Numbered from the stretch's first letter, positions 30,509 to 42,525 are shown. The stretch is 64,000 nucleotides of DNA from an uncultured bacterium (GCA_965541615.1 CBEUCJ010000002.1:223795-287794); one strand, 5' to 3'. Numbers and translations are program-made. The notes: a model not told the origin generated them from the sequence alone.

Positions 30509-31758
30509 TTTTCGTTTTTTTCTTTTAAAAACTTTATTAAATCTTTTTCACTTATCTTAAATTCTTTGCCTGTCTTCATCTCCTTTACAGTAAAAAAATT
30601 CTTTTCTATTTCTTCTTTACCTATCAAAATGCAAAACTTAGCTTGCAAAGAATTAGCTCTTCTCATCTGAGATTTTAAAGATTTATTTTGAAAATCTGTT
30701 TCAGTTTTAAAACCTGCTTCCCTTAATTTATACACTAACTCAAAACTTTTCTCTAAAAAATCTTCATTTAAACTCACAACAAATACATCTAAAGTTTGTA
30801 TCTTTTCTTCTTTTTTCAAAAGAAGCATACGCTCAACACCTAAAGCGAATCCCACACAAGGAGTAGAAACTCCTCCTAACTCAGCTACCAAGTTATTGTA
30901 TCTGCCACCCCCTCCAAAAGCATTTTGAGCTCCAAGTTCTGGGCTTATAAACTCAAATACAGTCTGAGTGTAATAATCTAATCCTCTTACTAAAAAATTG
31001 TCTTCTTCAAATTCTACTTGGAATCTTTTTAACAGAAACTTCAATCTTTCAAAGTGTTCTAAACAACTCTTACACAAAATTTTTTCTTTTTTTAAAACGA
31101 GCATCTTTTTAATTCTTTGACATCCTTCTTGCTTACAATCTAAAATCCTTAAAACATTTTTTTCAAATCTTCTTTTACAATTTTCACATAAATCTTCTTT
31201 GAAAGGCTCAAAAGCTTCTTTTAAAATCTTAATAAATCTTTTTTTATCTTCTAAACAGCCCAAAGAATTCAAAATGAGTTTATAATCTTTAATACCGAAT
31301 TCTTTGATTATCTCAAGAGCACATTTTATGATCTCTAAATCTGAATAAGGAGAACTGCTTCCTATGATTTCTGCTCCTATATGGTGAAATTGCCTTAATC
31401 TTCCTTTTTGAGGACGCTCTCCTCTAAACATTGGACCTATATAAAAAAATTTGCAAAAATTATATTTCTTGTCTAAAGAATTCTCTAAATAAGCTCTTAT
31501 TACACCGGCAGTACCTTCAGGTCTCAATACATAAATGTTATCATGATGCTTTACCTCTAAAAGTTGTTTTTCTATAATATCTGTGAATTCTCCCAAACTC
31601 CTTATAAATAAAGATTTATCTTCAAAAATAGGAGTTTTAATCTCTTTAAAAGAAAATCTTTCAAAGATTTTCCTAGCTATTTCTTCTAACTCTCTAAATT
31701 TTAAGATCTCAGAATCAAAAAAATCTTTTGTGCCTCTAGGAGCTGAGATTCTTTTCAT
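30502..31758 (-). CDS. hisS: Histidine--tRNA ligase
   Basis: [49 protein letters not shown]. Confidence 0.98.
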   Translation of the reverse strand: MKRISAPRGTKDFFDSEILKFRELEEIARKIFERFSFKEIKTPIFEDKSLFIRSLGEFTDIIEKQLLEVKHHDNIYVLRPEGTAGVIRAYLENSLDKKYNFCKFFYIGPMFRGERPQKGRLRQFHHIGAEIIGSSSPYSDLEIIKCALEIIKEFGIKDYKLILNSLGCLEDKKRFIKILKEAFEPFKEDLCENCKRRFEKNVLRILDCKQEGCQRIKKMLVLKKEKILCKSCLEHFERLKFLLKRFQVEFEEDNFLVRGLDYYTQTVFEFISPELGAQNAFGGGGRYNNLVAELGGVSTPCVGFALGVERMLLLKKEEKIQTLDVFVVSLNEDFLEKSFELVYKLREAGFKTETDFQNKSLKSQMRRANSLQAKFCILIGKEEIEKNFFTVKEMKTGKEFKISEKDLIKFLKEKNEKC

Positions 31759-31787
31759 CTTATAAAAACTATTTAACAGTCTTGAAC

Positions 31788-34700
31788 TTAGAGTGTCAAG
31801 GAAAAGTTCTCTTCTCCTATTAACTCTGAAAGTTCTTTAAGTAAAGATTCATTTATTCTCACTCTTTGCTCTTCTACCTTTATCTTAATAAGTCTTAATT
31901 CAGGCCAATTAAAATGGAAATAAATCTCAGTATTTCCAGGATATTTAATAAATATTGACTTTAATTTTTTAAGAAAATCTTCATTACTCTCATTGAGAAT
32001 TATATCCAAAGACTTAATTTTTTCTAAAAATTCTTCTAAAGAAAATATCTTATCAGCTATCAATTTGGGTTCATCTTCTTTGAAATTCACCTTACCTTTA
32101 ACTACCACTATATTTTGAGAACGAATGTTTTTGGTGAACTCTTGATAGACTTTTGGAAAAGCAAACACTTCTATTTGGGATTGGGGGGTTTCTAATTTTA
32201 ATATAGCCATCTGTTCTTTGCTTTGTCTGGTGGAAGTGATTTTAATTATCTCTAAAATTCCACCAACAGTTATCTCTTCATTTTCTTTTAATTTATAAAC
32301 ATCATTTAAATTTACAGTACTTATCTTTTTTAAGCAAAGTTGATATTTTGATAAAGGATGACCTGTAACAAAGAAACCTAAAAGTTCTTTTTCAAAATTT
32401 AATAATTGTGTTTGAGGCCATTCTTCTATTTCAGGGAGTTCATCTTCTAAAGTATCTTTTTCCATAAAACTGAATAAAGATAACTGTCCTTTATTTTGAT
32501 TTTTTTGTTTTTTAGATGCAGATTCCAAAGTCTTATCTAAAATACTCATTAGTTGAGAGCGTTTTGCTCCTAGACTATCAAAAGCTCCACATTTGATCAA
32601 ACTTTCTATTACTTTTCTATTAACTGTTCTTAGAACTACTCTTTGACAGAAATCCTTCAAGGATTTAAACTTACCATCTTTATTTCTTGCACTTATAATT
32701 GCCTCTACAGCTGCTTTTCCTACGTTTTTTACTGCCATTAATCCAAACCTTATTTTTTTACTACCTGTAACTGTAAAATCTGCATATGATTCATTGATAT
32801 CTGGAGGTAAAATCTCAATACCCAAATTTTTGGCTTCAGTTATATATTCAACTAACTTATCTGTATTATTTTTTTCAGAATTAAGCAGACTACACATAAA
32901 TTCTGTACAAAAATTAGCTTTTAAATAAGCTGTCCTGTAGGAGATCAAAGCATAAGCTGTAGAATGAGATTTGTTAAATCCATAACCTGCAAAATATTCC
33001 ATCAAATCAAATATTTTCACTGCTGTAGCTTCTGGTATACCATTTTTAATACATCCTTCTATAAATTTTTTTCTTTGAGCTTCCATTTCTTCAGGAATCT
33101 TTTTAGAAATAGCTCTCCTTAAAATATCTGCTTCAGCTAAACTAAAACCTGCTAATTCTGAAGCTATTTTCATTACTTGCTCTTGATAGACTATGATTCC
33201 ATAAGTCTCTTTTAAAACAGGTTCTAATTTTGGATGAAGATAGCTTACAGGTTGTCGTCCGTGCTTTCTTTCTATAAAGTCTGAAACCATACCTGTGCCT
33301 ATAGGTCCTGGTCTATATAAAGCCAAACAATGAATTAGATCTGTGAATTTCTCTGGCTTTAATCTTCTTAACAAATCCCTCATCCCTGAAGATTCTAATT
33401 GAAACACCCCTATAGTCTTTCCTGCAGATAATAATTCATAAGTTTTTTTATCATCTAATGGAATACTTTTTATATCTAAATCTATGCCTCTCAATTTTTT
33501 TATCCACCTCAAAGTCTCTTCAATCAATGTCAATGTCTTTAAACCCAAAAAATCCATCTTTAATAAACCTAATTTTTCAAGTGGTCCCATAGAAAAACCT
33601 GTTGTAATTTCACCTTCTGAGGTTTTATATAAAGGGATGTAATCTGTTAAAGGTTTATCAGAAATCACTACTCCTGCAGCATGGATTGAAGCGTGTCTTG
33701 AGAGACCCTCTAATTTTTTGGCGATATCTATTAGCTGTCTTATCTTTGGATCTGATTCATAAAGAGCTCTCAATTGGGGTGTTCTCTGCAAAGCACTATC
33801 TAAACTAATGTTAGGTTCTGGAGGTATTAACTTTGCTATTCTATCTACCTCAGAATAGCTTAATCCTAAAACTCTTCCTACATCTCTTACCACAGCTCTT
33901 GCTTGTAAAGTTCCAAAGGTTATAATCTGAGCTACATTTTCTTTGCCGTATTTAGAAGCTACGTATTCTAAGATTTTGGGCCTCTTTTCATCACAGAAAT
34001 CTATATCAATATCAGGCATACTTACTCTTTCTGGATTTAAAAATCTTTCAAAAAGTAAACCATATTCTAAAGGATTTATCTCTGTAATCCCTAATAAATA
34101 ACTCACCAAACTTCCAGCAGCTGATCCTCTCCCAGGACCTGTGGGAATATTGTTTTCCTTAGCAAACTTAACTAAATCCCAAATTATCAAAAAATACCCT
34201 GCAAAACCTGTTTTTTTGATAACTTCTAATTCATACTCTAATCTTTTCAATACTTGCGGAGTAGGCTTAGGAAATTTTTTCTCTAAATTCTCATAACAAA
34301 GTTCTTTCAAAAACTCAAAAGGGCTTTTTTGAGAAGGTACAGGAAAGTTAGGTAAATGTAGTTCAGAAAACTCTATTTCCACATTACATCTCTCTGCGAT
34401 CTCTAAAGTATTGTTTAAACTCTCAGGGATGTCTTTAAATAAAGACCACATCTCTTGAGCAGATTTAAAGTAAAATTCATCTGTCCCAAATCTCATTCTT
34501 TTAGGATCAGTTAAAGTCGTTTGAGTTTGAATACACAATAAAACTTCATGGCTAAAAGCATCTTCTTGTTCTATGTAATGAACATCATTTGTAGCTACAA
34601 GAGGTATCCCTAAATCTTTAGAGATTTTTAAAAGTACTGAGTTTACTTTTTTTTGTTCTTTAAGACCTGTATCCATTAATTCTAAATAAAAGTTACCTTT

Positions 34701-35219
34701 GCCTAATATCTGATAGTAATCATCAGCTGTTTTATAGGCTTGGCTTATCTTATCTTCTAAAATTAATTTTGGTATTCTTCCTTTCAAGCAGCCTGATAAT
34801 ATGATTAATCCTTCCTTGTATTTTTGAAGAAGCTCTAAATCTATACGAGGTTTGTAATAAAATCCCTCTAAATAAGATAAACTCACTAACTTCAAAAGAT
34901 TTTTATAACCTGTGTTATCTTTTGCTAAAGCTACCAAATGAAAATTTGTATCTTCTTTTGATTTTAAACTTTGAGATCTATCAAATCTTGAAGTAGGAGC
35001 TTCATAGAACTCTACACCGATAATAGGTTTTAATTGACTAGAATTTGCCAAGATATAAAAATCTATTACTCCAAACATATTCCCATGGTCAGTAATAGCT
35101 ACGGCTTTCATATCTAAAGCTTTTGCTTTTTCTATAATTCTTTCCAAATGACAAGCTCCATCTAACAGACTATATTGAGAATGTAAATGAAGATGTACAA
35201 ATTCTTTTTTTACTCCCAT
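31788..35219 (-). CDS. dnaE: DNA polymerase III alpha subunit
   Basis: [36 protein letters not shown]; normal length, no intein evident. Confidence 0.99.
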   Translation of the reverse strand: MGVKKEFVHLHLHSQYSLLDGACHLERIIEKAKALDMKAVAITDHGNMFGVIDFYILANSSQLKPIIGVEFYEAPTSRFDRSQSLKSKEDTNFHLVALAKDNTGYKNLLKLVSLSYLEGFYYKPRIDLELLQKYKEGLIILSGCLKGRIPKLILEDKISQAYKTADDYYQILGKGNFYLELMDTGLKEQKKVNSVLLKISKDLGIPLVATNDVHYIEQEDAFSHEVLLCIQTQTTLTDPKRMRFGTDEFYFKSAQEMWSLFKDIPESLNNTLEIAERCNVEIEFSELHLPNFPVPSQKSPFEFLKELCYENLEKKFPKPTPQVLKRLEYELEVIKKTGFAGYFLIIWDLVKFAKENNIPTGPGRGSAAGSLVSYLLGITEINPLEYGLLFERFLNPERVSMPDIDIDFCDEKRPKILEYVASKYGKENVAQIITFGTLQARAVVRDVGRVLGLSYSEVDRIAKLIPPEPNISLDSALQRTPQLRALYESDPKIRQLIDIAKKLEGLSRHASIHAAGVVISDKPLTDYIPLYKTSEGEITTGFSMGPLEKLGLLKMDFLGLKTLTLIEETLRWIKKLRGIDLDIKSIPLDDKKTYELLSAGKTIGVFQLESSGMRDLLRRLKPEKFTDLIHCLALYRPGPIGTGMVSDFIERKHGRQPVSYLHPKLEPVLKETYGIIVYQEQVMKIASELAGFSLAEADILRRAISKKIPEEMEAQRKKFIEGCIKNGIPEATAVKIFDLMEYFAGYGFNKSHSTAYALISYRTAYLKANFCTEFMCSLLNSEKNNTDKLVEYITEAKNLGIEILPPDINESYADFTVTGSKKIRFGLMAVKNVGKAAVEAIISARNKDGKFKSLKDFCQRVVLRTVNRKVIESLIKCGAFDSLGAKRSQLMSILDKTLESASKKQKNQNKGQLSLFSFMEKDTLEDELPEIEEWPQTQLLNFEKELLGFFVTGHPLSKYQLCLKKISTVNLNDVYKLKENEEITVGGILEIIKITSTRQSKEQMAILKLETPQSQIEVFAFPKVYQEFTKNIRSQNIVVVKGKVNFKEDEPKLIADKIFSLEEFLEKIKSLDIILNESNEDFLKKLKSIFIKYPGNTEIYFHFNWPELRLIKIKVEEQRVRINESLLKELSELIGEENFSLTL

Positions 35220-36748
35220 TCTATTGTGGAAGGAGGTTTTGAAGAGATATCATAAACTACTCTGTTTATACCTTTGACTTCATTTATTATCCTTGAAGCT
35301 ACTTTTTGCAAAAACTCATAATCTAATCTTGCCCAATCAGCTGTCATTCCATCAGTTGAAGTCACACATCTCAATGCACACACATACTCATATGTTCTTC
35401 TATCACCCATTACTCCTACACTCTTTACTGGTAAAAGCACACAGAATGCTTGCCAAAGTTTATCTATCAAATTTTCTTTCAAAATCTCTTCTTGTAAAAT
35501 AGCATCTGCTTTTCTTAAAATTTCTAATTTTTCTTTTGTAACTTCTCCTAAAATTCTTACTGCTAATCCTGGTCCTGGAAAAGGATGACGCATTAATATC
35601 TTAGAAGGTAAACCCAATCTTTTGCCCAATTCTCTTACTTCATCTTTGAATAATTCTTTCAAAGGTTCTATTAGATTCAGATTCATCTTCTCAGGCAGAC
35701 CTCCCACATTATGATGGGTCTTTATCTTGCAACTGGGTCCTCCATAAAAACTCCTCGATTCTATAACATCTGGATAAAGAGTGCCTTGTGCTAAATATTT
35801 TACATTCTTTATTTTTTTGGCTTCTTTCTCAAAGACTTTTATAAATAGATTTCCTATGATTTTTCTTTTTTCTTCTGGGTCTGTTACTCCTTTTAAAGCT
35901 TTCAAAAAATCTCTTTTTGCATCTACATATCTAACTTTGATCTTTAACTCTTTTCTAAAAGTATTTAGAACTTCTCTGGGTTCTGATTTTCTTAACAGAC
36001 CATTATTCACAAATATGCATTCTAATTTAGAAGGTACTGCTTTATGGACTAAAAGAGCTGTAACTGAAGAATCTACTCCTCCACTCAAAGCACAGATTAC
36101 TTTCCCTTTCTTTACTTTTTTTCTAATCTCTGAAATCTTTTCTTCCATAAAGTCTTTTAAGTTCCAGTTTGGAAAAGCATCACATATTTTAAATATAAAA
36201 TTAGAAAGAATTTGAATCCCCAATTGAGTATGATGGACTTCAGGATGAAATTGAACTCCAAATATTTTTTTCTTTCTATTACAGAAAGCAGCTATCTTTA
36301 CGTTATCAGTGTGAGCTAAAATCTGAAAGTCTTCTGGTAAAGTCTCTATTAGATCTTGATGGCTCATCCAACACATTATCTGAGAAGGTAATGTATAAAA
36401 AAGATCTTTGTGATCATCTATGTATAAGAGTGTTCTACCGTATTCAGCTTTTTTTGCTCTTTTAACCTTTCCTTTCAAAGTACAGATTATAATTTGAGCT
36501 CCATAACATATCCCTAAAATAGGTATACCTAATTTCAGTATCTCTTTATTTAATTTAGGGGCTGAGTCTTCATATACACTGTAAGGACCTCCTGAAAGAA
36601 TTATTCCTTTTGGTTCTAATTTTTTTATCTCTTCTATACTTGCATTAAAAGGTAACACTGCAGAATATACTTGTAATTCTCTTATCCTCCTACAAATCAA
36701 CTGTGTGTATTGAGAACCAAAATCTAAAATTAAAATACCTTGCTTCAT
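35210..36748 (-). CDS. guaA: GMP synthase (glutamine-hydrolysing)
   Basis: [46 protein letters not shown]. Confidence 0.99.
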   Translation of the reverse strand: MKQGILILDFGSQYTQLICRRIRELQVYSAVLPFNASIEEIKKLEPKGIILSGGPYSVYEDSAPKLNKEILKLGIPILGICYGAQIIICTLKGKVKRAKKAEYGRTLLYIDDHKDLFYTLPSQIMCWMSHQDLIETLPEDFQILAHTDNVKIAAFCNRKKKIFGVQFHPEVHHTQLGIQILSNFIFKICDAFPNWNLKDFMEEKISEIRKKVKKGKVICALSGGVDSSVTALLVHKAVPSKLECIFVNNGLLRKSEPREVLNTFRKELKIKVRYVDAKRDFLKALKGVTDPEEKRKIIGNLFIKVFEKEAKKIKNVKYLAQGTLYPDVIESRSFYGGPSCKIKTHHNVGGLPEKMNLNLIEPLKELFKDEVRELGKRLGLPSKILMRHPFPGPGLAVRILGEVTKEKLEILRKADAILQEEILKENLIDKLWQAFCVLLPVKSVGVMGDRRTYEYVCALRCVTSTDGMTADWARLDYEFLQKVASRIINEVKGINRVVYDISSKPPSTIEWE

Positions 36749-37905
36749 TTACCCATACCTACTCTTTGAACTACCTGGAAAATCTTGCCTTCTGTCTGAA
36801 TAGAAGGTGCTATTATCAGCTCAGCTTCATGCATTTCTTTTATAGTTCTGGCTCCTAACATTCCCATACATGTAGCTAAAGCTCCTACTAAATTCTGTGA
36901 ACCATCATCTGTATTTGCAGGACCAAATAGTATCTGTTCTAAAGTCCCTGTAACTCCTACATAGATTCTGGTTCCTCTAGGAAGATACTGGTGAGCAGTC
37001 GCCATTCCCCAATGATAACCTTTACCTGGAGCTTCTTTTGCTCTTGCAAATAAAGACCCTACCATTACAGCATCTGCTCCACATGCTAAAGCTTTACAGA
37101 TATCTCCTGCTCTTCTCATACCACCATCAGTAATTATAGGAATATACTTTCCTGTTTTTTTATAATAATCATCACGTGCTTTGGCAGCATCGATCGTAGC
37201 TGTAACTTGAGGTACTCCTATTCCCAAAACACCTCTGGTAGTACATGCAGCTCCTGGTCCTACCCCTACTAAGATTCCAGCAGGTTCAGCTTTCATTAAT
37301 TCTAAACAAACTTCATACGTAACACAGTTTCCTAAAATTACAGGAATCTTAATTTCTTTGCAGAATTTATAGATATCTAAGGGTTTGTAAGTAGAGGAAA
37401 AGTGTTTGGCTGTTATTACTGTTGCTTGCACTACAAAAAAATCTGCTCCTGCAGATTGAGCAATTGGAGCAAATTTTTCTGCATTTTGAGGCACACAACT
37501 TACAGCTGCTTTAACTCCTTGAGATTTTATCTCCTCAATTCTCTTTGCAATCAATGATTCCTTTACAGGCTCAGAATATACTCTTTGAATTACCTCTGTA
37601 GAATCTTTTACAGGAGCATTGATTATCTCTTCTATTACTTCTTCAGGATGCTCATATCTTGTTTGAATACCGTCTAAATTTAAGACTGCCAAACCTCCTA
37701 ATTTTCCCATAGTCACTGCAAATTTAACATCTACTACTCCATCCATAGCTGAAGCTAAAAAAGGAATATCGAATTTTGTACCTCCTAGTTCCCAAGAGGT
37801 ATCTACATCTTCAGGATTTAAAGTAACTTTACCTGGAACCAAAGCTATCTCATCAAAACCATAACATCTCCTTGCTCTTTTTTCTTTACCTATCCATTCT
37901 CCCAT
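36745..37905 (-). CDS. guaB3: GuaB3-family IMP dehydrogenase-related protein (no CBS domains)
   Basis: [53 protein letters not shown]. Confidence 0.88.
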   Translation of the reverse strand: MGEWIGKEKRARRCYGFDEIALVPGKVTLNPEDVDTSWELGGTKFDIPFLASAMDGVVDVKFAVTMGKLGGLAVLNLDGIQTRYEHPEEVIEEIINAPVKDSTEVIQRVYSEPVKESLIAKRIEEIKSQGVKAAVSCVPQNAEKFAPIAQSAGADFFVVQATVITAKHFSSTYKPLDIYKFCKEIKIPVILGNCVTYEVCLELMKAEPAGILVGVGPGAACTTRGVLGIGVPQVTATIDAAKARDDYYKKTGKYIPIITDGGMRRAGDICKALACGADAVMVGSLFARAKEAPGKGYHWGMATAHQYLPRGTRIYVGVTGTLEQILFGPANTDDGSQNLVGALATCMGMLGARTIKEMHEAELIIAPSIQTEGKIFQVVQRVGMGK

Positions 37906-37958
37906 AATAACCTGCCTCCTTTTTAATAAGAATTATTTTAATTTAGAAATCAGACTTA

Positions 37959-39107
37959 TCAAGGAAGAAAAAGATTCTTATATTCTTGATAAGCGTATCT
38001 ATCGGTCATACCTGCTATATAATCACAGACTACTCTTTTAAGTTGAGTTCCTCTTTTAATCATATTTTGAAAGTCAGGTGGTAATTGTTCAGGATTTTTC
38101 TCAAAAGCATAAAATAATTCTTTTAAAATCCTCTTAGCTTTACATGCCATCCTTACTACTTTTTGGTGTTTATAAAGATTGAAAAATAAAAATTCTCTTA
38201 GAGGAGCTCTCAAATCTTGCATTTCTTTACTAAAACTTACTAAAAACTCTCTAAAGTTTCTAACTTCCTCTACATTTCTTATATTGAATTTTTTTAGCCT
38301 CTTTCTCGTAGTATCTATTAAATCTGAAACTTGCCAGTCAATGAGTCTTCTTATTATTAAGCGTATTTTTAACTTTTTACTTAAATTTGCATATTGAGAT
38401 TTTATTTCTTTCTCTGTTCTCTTATAAATCTCTAATTTTTTTAAAGAACTCTCTTCTAACATCTTATTTTTTAGACCATCATCTAAATCATGACTGTCAT
38501 AAGCTATCTCATCTGCTAAACTCACTATTTGAGCTTCTAAAGAGGGGTTCTTTTGTGGTTCATACTCTTCAATCTTATCACTAAATTCTTTAAAATTTGA
38601 AGAGTGTTTGGCTATCCCTTCTCTTACTTCCCAAGTTAGATTTAAACCTCTAAAATTAGGATACCTCTCTTCCAAAAATTCTACGACTCTCAATCCTTGC
38701 AAGTTATGATTAAAACCACCTTCTTCTTTCATCAATTCATTCAATATCTCTTCACCTGCATGGCCAAAAGGAGTGTGACCTAAATCATGAGCTAAAGCTA
38801 TAGCTTCTGTTAAGTCTTCATTTAATCTCAAAACTTTAGCAATCGTTTTTGCTATCTGAGAAACTTCAATTGTATGAGTGAGCCTTGTTCTAAAATAATC
38901 TCCTTCATGAATCAGAAAAACTTGAGTTTTATATTCTAATCTTCTGAAAGCTGCTGAATGTATGATTCTGTCTCTATCTCTCTGAAAACAAGTCCTATAC
39001 AGGTGTTCTGGTTCATAAAATTTTCTTCCCTTAGATTCACAAGATTTAGATGCATAAGGAGCTAAGAACTTTTTTTCAAATTCTTCCCATTCTTTTCTTA
39101 TAAGCAT
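37959..39107 (-). CDS. dgt: Deoxyguanosinetriphosphate triphosphohydrolase (HD)
   Basis: FQRDRDRIIHS, RTRLTHT, AHDLGHTPFGHAGE, DYIAGMTD. Confidence 0.95.
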   Translation of the reverse strand: MLIRKEWEEFEKKFLAPYASKSCESKGRKFYEPEHLYRTCFQRDRDRIIHSAAFRRLEYKTQVFLIHEGDYFRTRLTHTIEVSQIAKTIAKVLRLNEDLTEAIALAHDLGHTPFGHAGEEILNELMKEEGGFNHNLQGLRVVEFLEERYPNFRGLNLTWEVREGIAKHSSNFKEFSDKIEEYEPQKNPSLEAQIVSLADEIAYDSHDLDDGLKNKMLEESSLKKLEIYKRTEKEIKSQYANLSKKLKIRLIIRRLIDWQVSDLIDTTRKRLKKFNIRNVEEVRNFREFLVSFSKEMQDLRAPLREFLFFNLYKHQKVVRMACKAKRILKELFYAFEKNPEQLPPDFQNMIKRGTQLKRVVCDYIAGMTDRYAYQEYKNLFLP

Positions 39108-39585
39108 CTTTTAAAAGTTTCTTTACACTTTCTAAACTTTGAGAGATAACTTTTGTATTTGAAATTATAGGTAAAAAATTTGCATCACCTTTCCAACGTG
39201 GGACTATGTGAAAGTGAAGATGCGATTCTAAACCTGCACCTGCAGATTTACCCAAATTTAAACCTATATTAAAACCTTCAGGATTTAAGGTTTCTTTTAA
39301 TAGCTCTATAGATAAGTTCAAGGTATAAAAGATATCTTGAACTTCTTGAAGAGTGAGTTTCTTTAATTCTTTTATATGTCTTTTTGGAGCTAACAAAAGA
39401 TGTCCATTATTATAAGGAAACATATTTAATAAAACTTTGGAAAATCTGGTCTGAAAAACAAAACTCTTAGTTTTAGGATTAGCTTTGCATATAAAACACC
39501 CTTTAGAAGGCTTAATTATATATTTATACCTCCAAGGAGCCCAAATTATATCAAATCCTTTTGATCTCTGCTTTGAATTTGCCAT
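39076..39585 (-). CDS. HIT-family hydrolase (Ap4A phosphorylase-like)
   Basis: WAPWRYKYI, CFIC, FPYNNGHLL, GAGLESHLHFHIVPRW. Confidence 0.9.
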   Translation of the reverse strand: MANSKQRSKGFDIIWAPWRYKYIIKPSKGCFICKANPKTKSFVFQTRFSKVLLNMFPYNNGHLLLAPKRHIKELKKLTLQEVQDIFYTLNLSIELLKETLNPEGFNIGLNLGKSAGAGLESHLHFHIVPRWKGDANFLPIISNTKVISQSLESVKKLLKDAYKKRMGRI

Positions 39586-40042
39586 CTTCTACTTCTATTA
39601 TTCCAAAACTCTTGTAAGGAGCATAAATAGTATCTGTAGGACTGCCTGGATTAAAGAAAAAGATATCTTTATAATAACCTTTAAAAGCTCTGTGAGAATG
39701 TCCAAAAATAATAATATCTAAATCTTTACCTTCAAATTCTTTTAGGCAGTATTCAATTAAATCTTGAGGAGCTCCTCTTCCATGGATAAGACCAAATTTT
39801 ACTCCCTCAATCTCAAAAGTCCTTTTATAGGGAAGGTAATTCCTTATTTCTAAAGAATCCATATTTCCTGCTACACCTATAAGATTATATTTTTTTTCTA
39901 AATCTTTTAAAAAATCTTGTGAAACAAAATCTCCTGCAGATATTAAATAATCTGAATTTTCTAAGTAACTTTCTAACTCTTTTGGAAGCTCTTTAGCTAC
40001 TACTGGTATATGAGTATCTGAAATTACGATTATTTTTTTCAT
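39551..40042 (-). CDS. YfcE/MJ0936-family metallophosphoesterase
   Basis: SDTH, AGD, GNMD, HG, FGHSH, FNPGS. Confidence 0.9.
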   Translation of the reverse strand: MKKIIVISDTHIPVVAKELPKELESYLENSDYLISAGDFVSQDFLKDLEKKYNLIGVAGNMDSLEIRNYLPYKRTFEIEGVKFGLIHGRGAPQDLIEYCLKEFEGKDLDIIIFGHSHRAFKGYYKDIFFFNPGSPTDTIYAPYKSFGIIEVEDGKFKAEIKRI

Positions 40043-40518
40043 TCTAAGTATATTAAAGGATTTACAGGTTCAGTCCCTTTTCTAATCTCAAAGTGTAAAA
40101 CAGACTCTCCTGTCCAAGGATCTAACCCTACTTGAGCGATTACTTCTCCTTTTTTAACATACTTTCCTTCTTTTACAAAAACTTTACAATTGTTAGCATA
40201 TATACTCACTAAATCATTTAAATGTGAAATTATGATGGTCTTTCCAAATCCTCTTAAAGATCCAACAAAGACGACTTTACCATCTTCTACTGCTCTTACT
40301 AAAGCTTTATATTCAGTCTTTATATCGATACCTTTATTTAAACTATTGTTTTTAACCTGATTAAATGTGCCTATGACTCTTCCTTCTACAGGCCATAAAA
40401 ATTTTGATGTTACTAAAATATTTGAAAATTTAGAACGATCTTTTAAATATACTTTTTTTGTAGGTGCAATGCAACTAATCATAAATATACAGACTATATA
40501 TTTTAAAAAACCTCTCAT
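40039..40518 (-). CDS. NlpD/EnvC-like degenerate M23 domain lipoprotein (start revised to ATG 40518; track start 40590 lies inside the tRNA)
   Basis: Lipoprotein-like MRGFLKYIVCIFMISC, FLWPVEG, NKGIDI and LHFEIR lacking the full Zn ligands. Confidence 0.8.
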   Translation of the reverse strand: MRGFLKYIVCIFMISCIAPTKKVYLKDRSKFSNILVTSKFLWPVEGRVIGTFNQVKNNSLNKGIDIKTEYKALVRAVEDGKVVFVGSLRGFGKTIIISHLNDLVSIYANNCKVFVKEGKYVKKGEVIAQVGLDPWTGESVLHFEIRKGTEPVNPLIYLE

Positions 40519-40533
40519 AAAATTAAAAATAAA

Positions 40534-40604
40534 AGCGGGCGAGGGGAATCGAACCCCCATCACGGGCTTGGGAAGCCCGGGTTCTGCCATTGAACTACGC
40601 CCGC
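40534..40604 (-). tRNA. tRNA-Gly (anticodon CCC), CCA not encoded; first 10 nt overlap thiC
   Basis: GCGGGCG/CGCCCGC acceptor stem plus U discriminator, GTTC-AATGGCA-GAAC D arm, CGGGC-TTCCCAA-GCCCG anticodon arm, GGGG-TTCGATT-CCCC T arm. Confidence 0.96.
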
Positions 40605-41890
40605 TTTCTTATCTTGCAACTCTCAGCTATCCTTAAAGAACAATACTTACCACACATAGTGCAGACATCAATTTCTTTTGGCTTAGAAGATTCTCTGTAC
40701 TCTTTAAATTTTTCTCTATCTAAAGATAATTTTTCCTGGAGCTTCCAATCTCTTCTTCCTCTTGCTTTAGAAATCTCAATATCTCTTTGAGAAATTTTTT
40801 TTCTTCTTGCAATAAAACTTGCATGAGAAGCTATCTTTGCACTAATTATGCCTTCTTTTATATCTTCTAAAGTAGGATGTCTTAAGTGTTCAGCAGGGGT
40901 CACCACACAGTAAAAATCAGCACCTTTCCATAAGGCTATTGCTCCTCCAATAGCTGAACCTATATGATCATATCCTGGAGCAATATCTAAGACAAGAGGT
41001 CCTAATACATAGAAAGGAGCTTCATCACATATCTTTTTTTCTAATATTACACAACTCTCTATTTGATGGAGAGGAACATGACCTGGTCCTTCAACCATTA
41101 CCTGAGCTCCTTTTTCTCTACATTTTTTGACTAACTCTCCTGCTATTAGAAGTTCAGTTAAATGTGCAGAATCTAAACTATCTTGCAAAGCTCCTGGTCT
41201 TAAAGAATCACCCAGACTTATTACTACATTATACTTCTTACAAATTTGAATTACTTTTTCAAAATATTTATAAAAAGGATTTTCTTTTTGAGTATGAGTA
41301 ATCCATTTGGCCATTAAAGCTCCACCTCTACTTACTATAGGCAAAAGTCTCTTACTTTTGTGTAAAATCTTAAGAGATTCTTTGGTTATGCAGGCATGGA
41401 TAGTAAAAAAATCTACACCTTCACAAGCTTGCTCTTCTAAAATAGAAATGAATTCTTCTTCTTTCACTTTAGTAAAATCTTTGTATCTTCTTTCTCCATA
41501 TACAGCTATCTCATACATAGGTACAGTTCCAACAGGGATGTCAGCAATATCTAATATTTTTTTTCTTATTATTTTTAAATTACCTCCTACACTTAAATCC
41601 ATAACAGTATCTGCTCCCAGTTTCATACTTAATTTGACTTTCTCTAATTCATCTTTTATCTGAGTCTCATCTGTGGAAGTTCCCACATTTACATTTATCT
41701 TTGGATACAAATCTTTACCTATACAACAAGGATTCTTAATATCGTGGACTTCGTTTTTAAGAAAGACTATCCTTCCTCTAATAATCTCTTTCACCAGAGT
41801 CTCTAAAGGTACATCTTCTTTTTTGGCTATTTTTTTCAAAACAGGAGGGATCTTATTTTCTTTTAATCTCTCTATTAATGATTTCTTCAT
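40595..41890 (-). CDS. thiC: Phosphomethylpyrimidine synthase
   Basis: KINVNVGTS, ADTVMDLS, GTVPMY, VSRGG, LGDSLRPG, EGPGHVP, PGYDHI, TPAEHL, CTMCGKYC. Confidence 0.97.
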   Translation of the reverse strand: MKKSLIERLKENKIPPVLKKIAKKEDVPLETLVKEIIRGRIVFLKNEVHDIKNPCCIGKDLYPKINVNVGTSTDETQIKDELEKVKLSMKLGADTVMDLSVGGNLKIIRKKILDIADIPVGTVPMYEIAVYGERRYKDFTKVKEEEFISILEEQACEGVDFFTIHACITKESLKILHKSKRLLPIVSRGGALMAKWITHTQKENPFYKYFEKVIQICKKYNVVISLGDSLRPGALQDSLDSAHLTELLIAGELVKKCREKGAQVMVEGPGHVPLHQIESCVILEKKICDEAPFYVLGPLVLDIAPGYDHIGSAIGGAIALWKGADFYCVVTPAEHLRHPTLEDIKEGIISAKIASHASFIARRKKISQRDIEISKARGRRDWKLQEKLSLDREKFKEYRESSKPKEIDVCTMCGKYCSLRIAESCKIRKRA

Positions 41891-41895
41891 AATAA

Positions 41896-42525
41896 TTAAC
41901 TTGTTAATTTCTTTTTTAAGTCATTTAAAAACTTCTCAGGTTTTGCACTCCTGCAAAACTCTGAGAGTATAACAATATACCTTATTTTGTTTTCTGTCAA
42001 TACCTCTAAATTTTTTAAAGTTATACCTCCTATAGCAAAGACTGGATGTATGCTTAAATCTATAGCTTTTATAAGCCTTTTTACTCCTCGTGGTCTTAAA
42101 TTTTTAATAGGAGTCTTAAAAACAGGTCCAAAGCTTATGTAATCTATATTGAATCTATTACAGAATCTTACCTCTTCAAGAGTATGACAAGTGTAACCTA
42201 AAATACTATTTTTATTTAGTTTTCTTAAAGCTTCTTTTAACTCTACATCCTTTTTTCCAATATGGAGTCCACATTCTAAATCTTTAGCTATCGATAAAAA
42301 ATCATTGATTATAAAACATGTGTTTGATGTTTCTAAAATCTTCTTTATCTTTTTTGAAAGAGCATATACTTCTTTAATATTTCTATTTTTGGCTCTTAAT
42401 TGTACAAAATCTGCTTTATCTTTGCAGATTCTGGCTAACTCTAAAATTTTTTTATCTGATAAAAGATTTGTATCTAAAATTATATATATATTGTAATCTT
42501 TTAAAAATTTCTTTTTCCAATTCAC
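41896..42525 (-). CDS. thiE: Thiamine-phosphate synthase
   Basis: VQLRAK, FIIND, GLHIG, YISFGPVFKTPIK, FAIGGI. Confidence 0.9.
   Translation of the reverse strand: MNWKKKFLKDYNIYIILDTNLLSDKKILELARICKDKADFVQLRAKNRNIKEVYALSKKIKKILETSNTCFIINDFLSIAKDLECGLHIGKKDVELKEALRKLNKNSILGYTCHTLEEVRFCNRFNIDYISFGPVFKTPIKNLRPRGVKRLIKAIDLSIHPVFAIGGITLKNLEVLTENKIRYIVILSEFCRSAKPEKFLNDLKKKLTS

Noticed and set aside
31788-31799. TTGACACTCTA 11-mer shared between the dnaE 3' end and the rpsU promoter (51226-51236)
   Set aside because: Only two copies; the dnaE copy is coding (LTL-stop) and lacks a properly spaced TAnnnT, so it may be a weak hisS promoter or chance
40039-40518. M23 domain lacking zinc ligands as a novel pseudoenzyme
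   Set aside because: Degenerate M23 domains are the established NlpD/EnvC amidase-activator type
40519-40590. N-terminal extension MAEPGLPKPVMGVRFPSPA of the M23 ORF
   Set aside because: It is simply the translation of tRNA-Gly; the lipoprotein-like signal begins at ATG 40518
41891-41895. TPP riboswitch for thiC/thiE; NrdR boxes upstream of nrdD (56133-56232)
   Set aside because: No intergenic room before the thi genes, and no recognisable NrdR palindrome was seen
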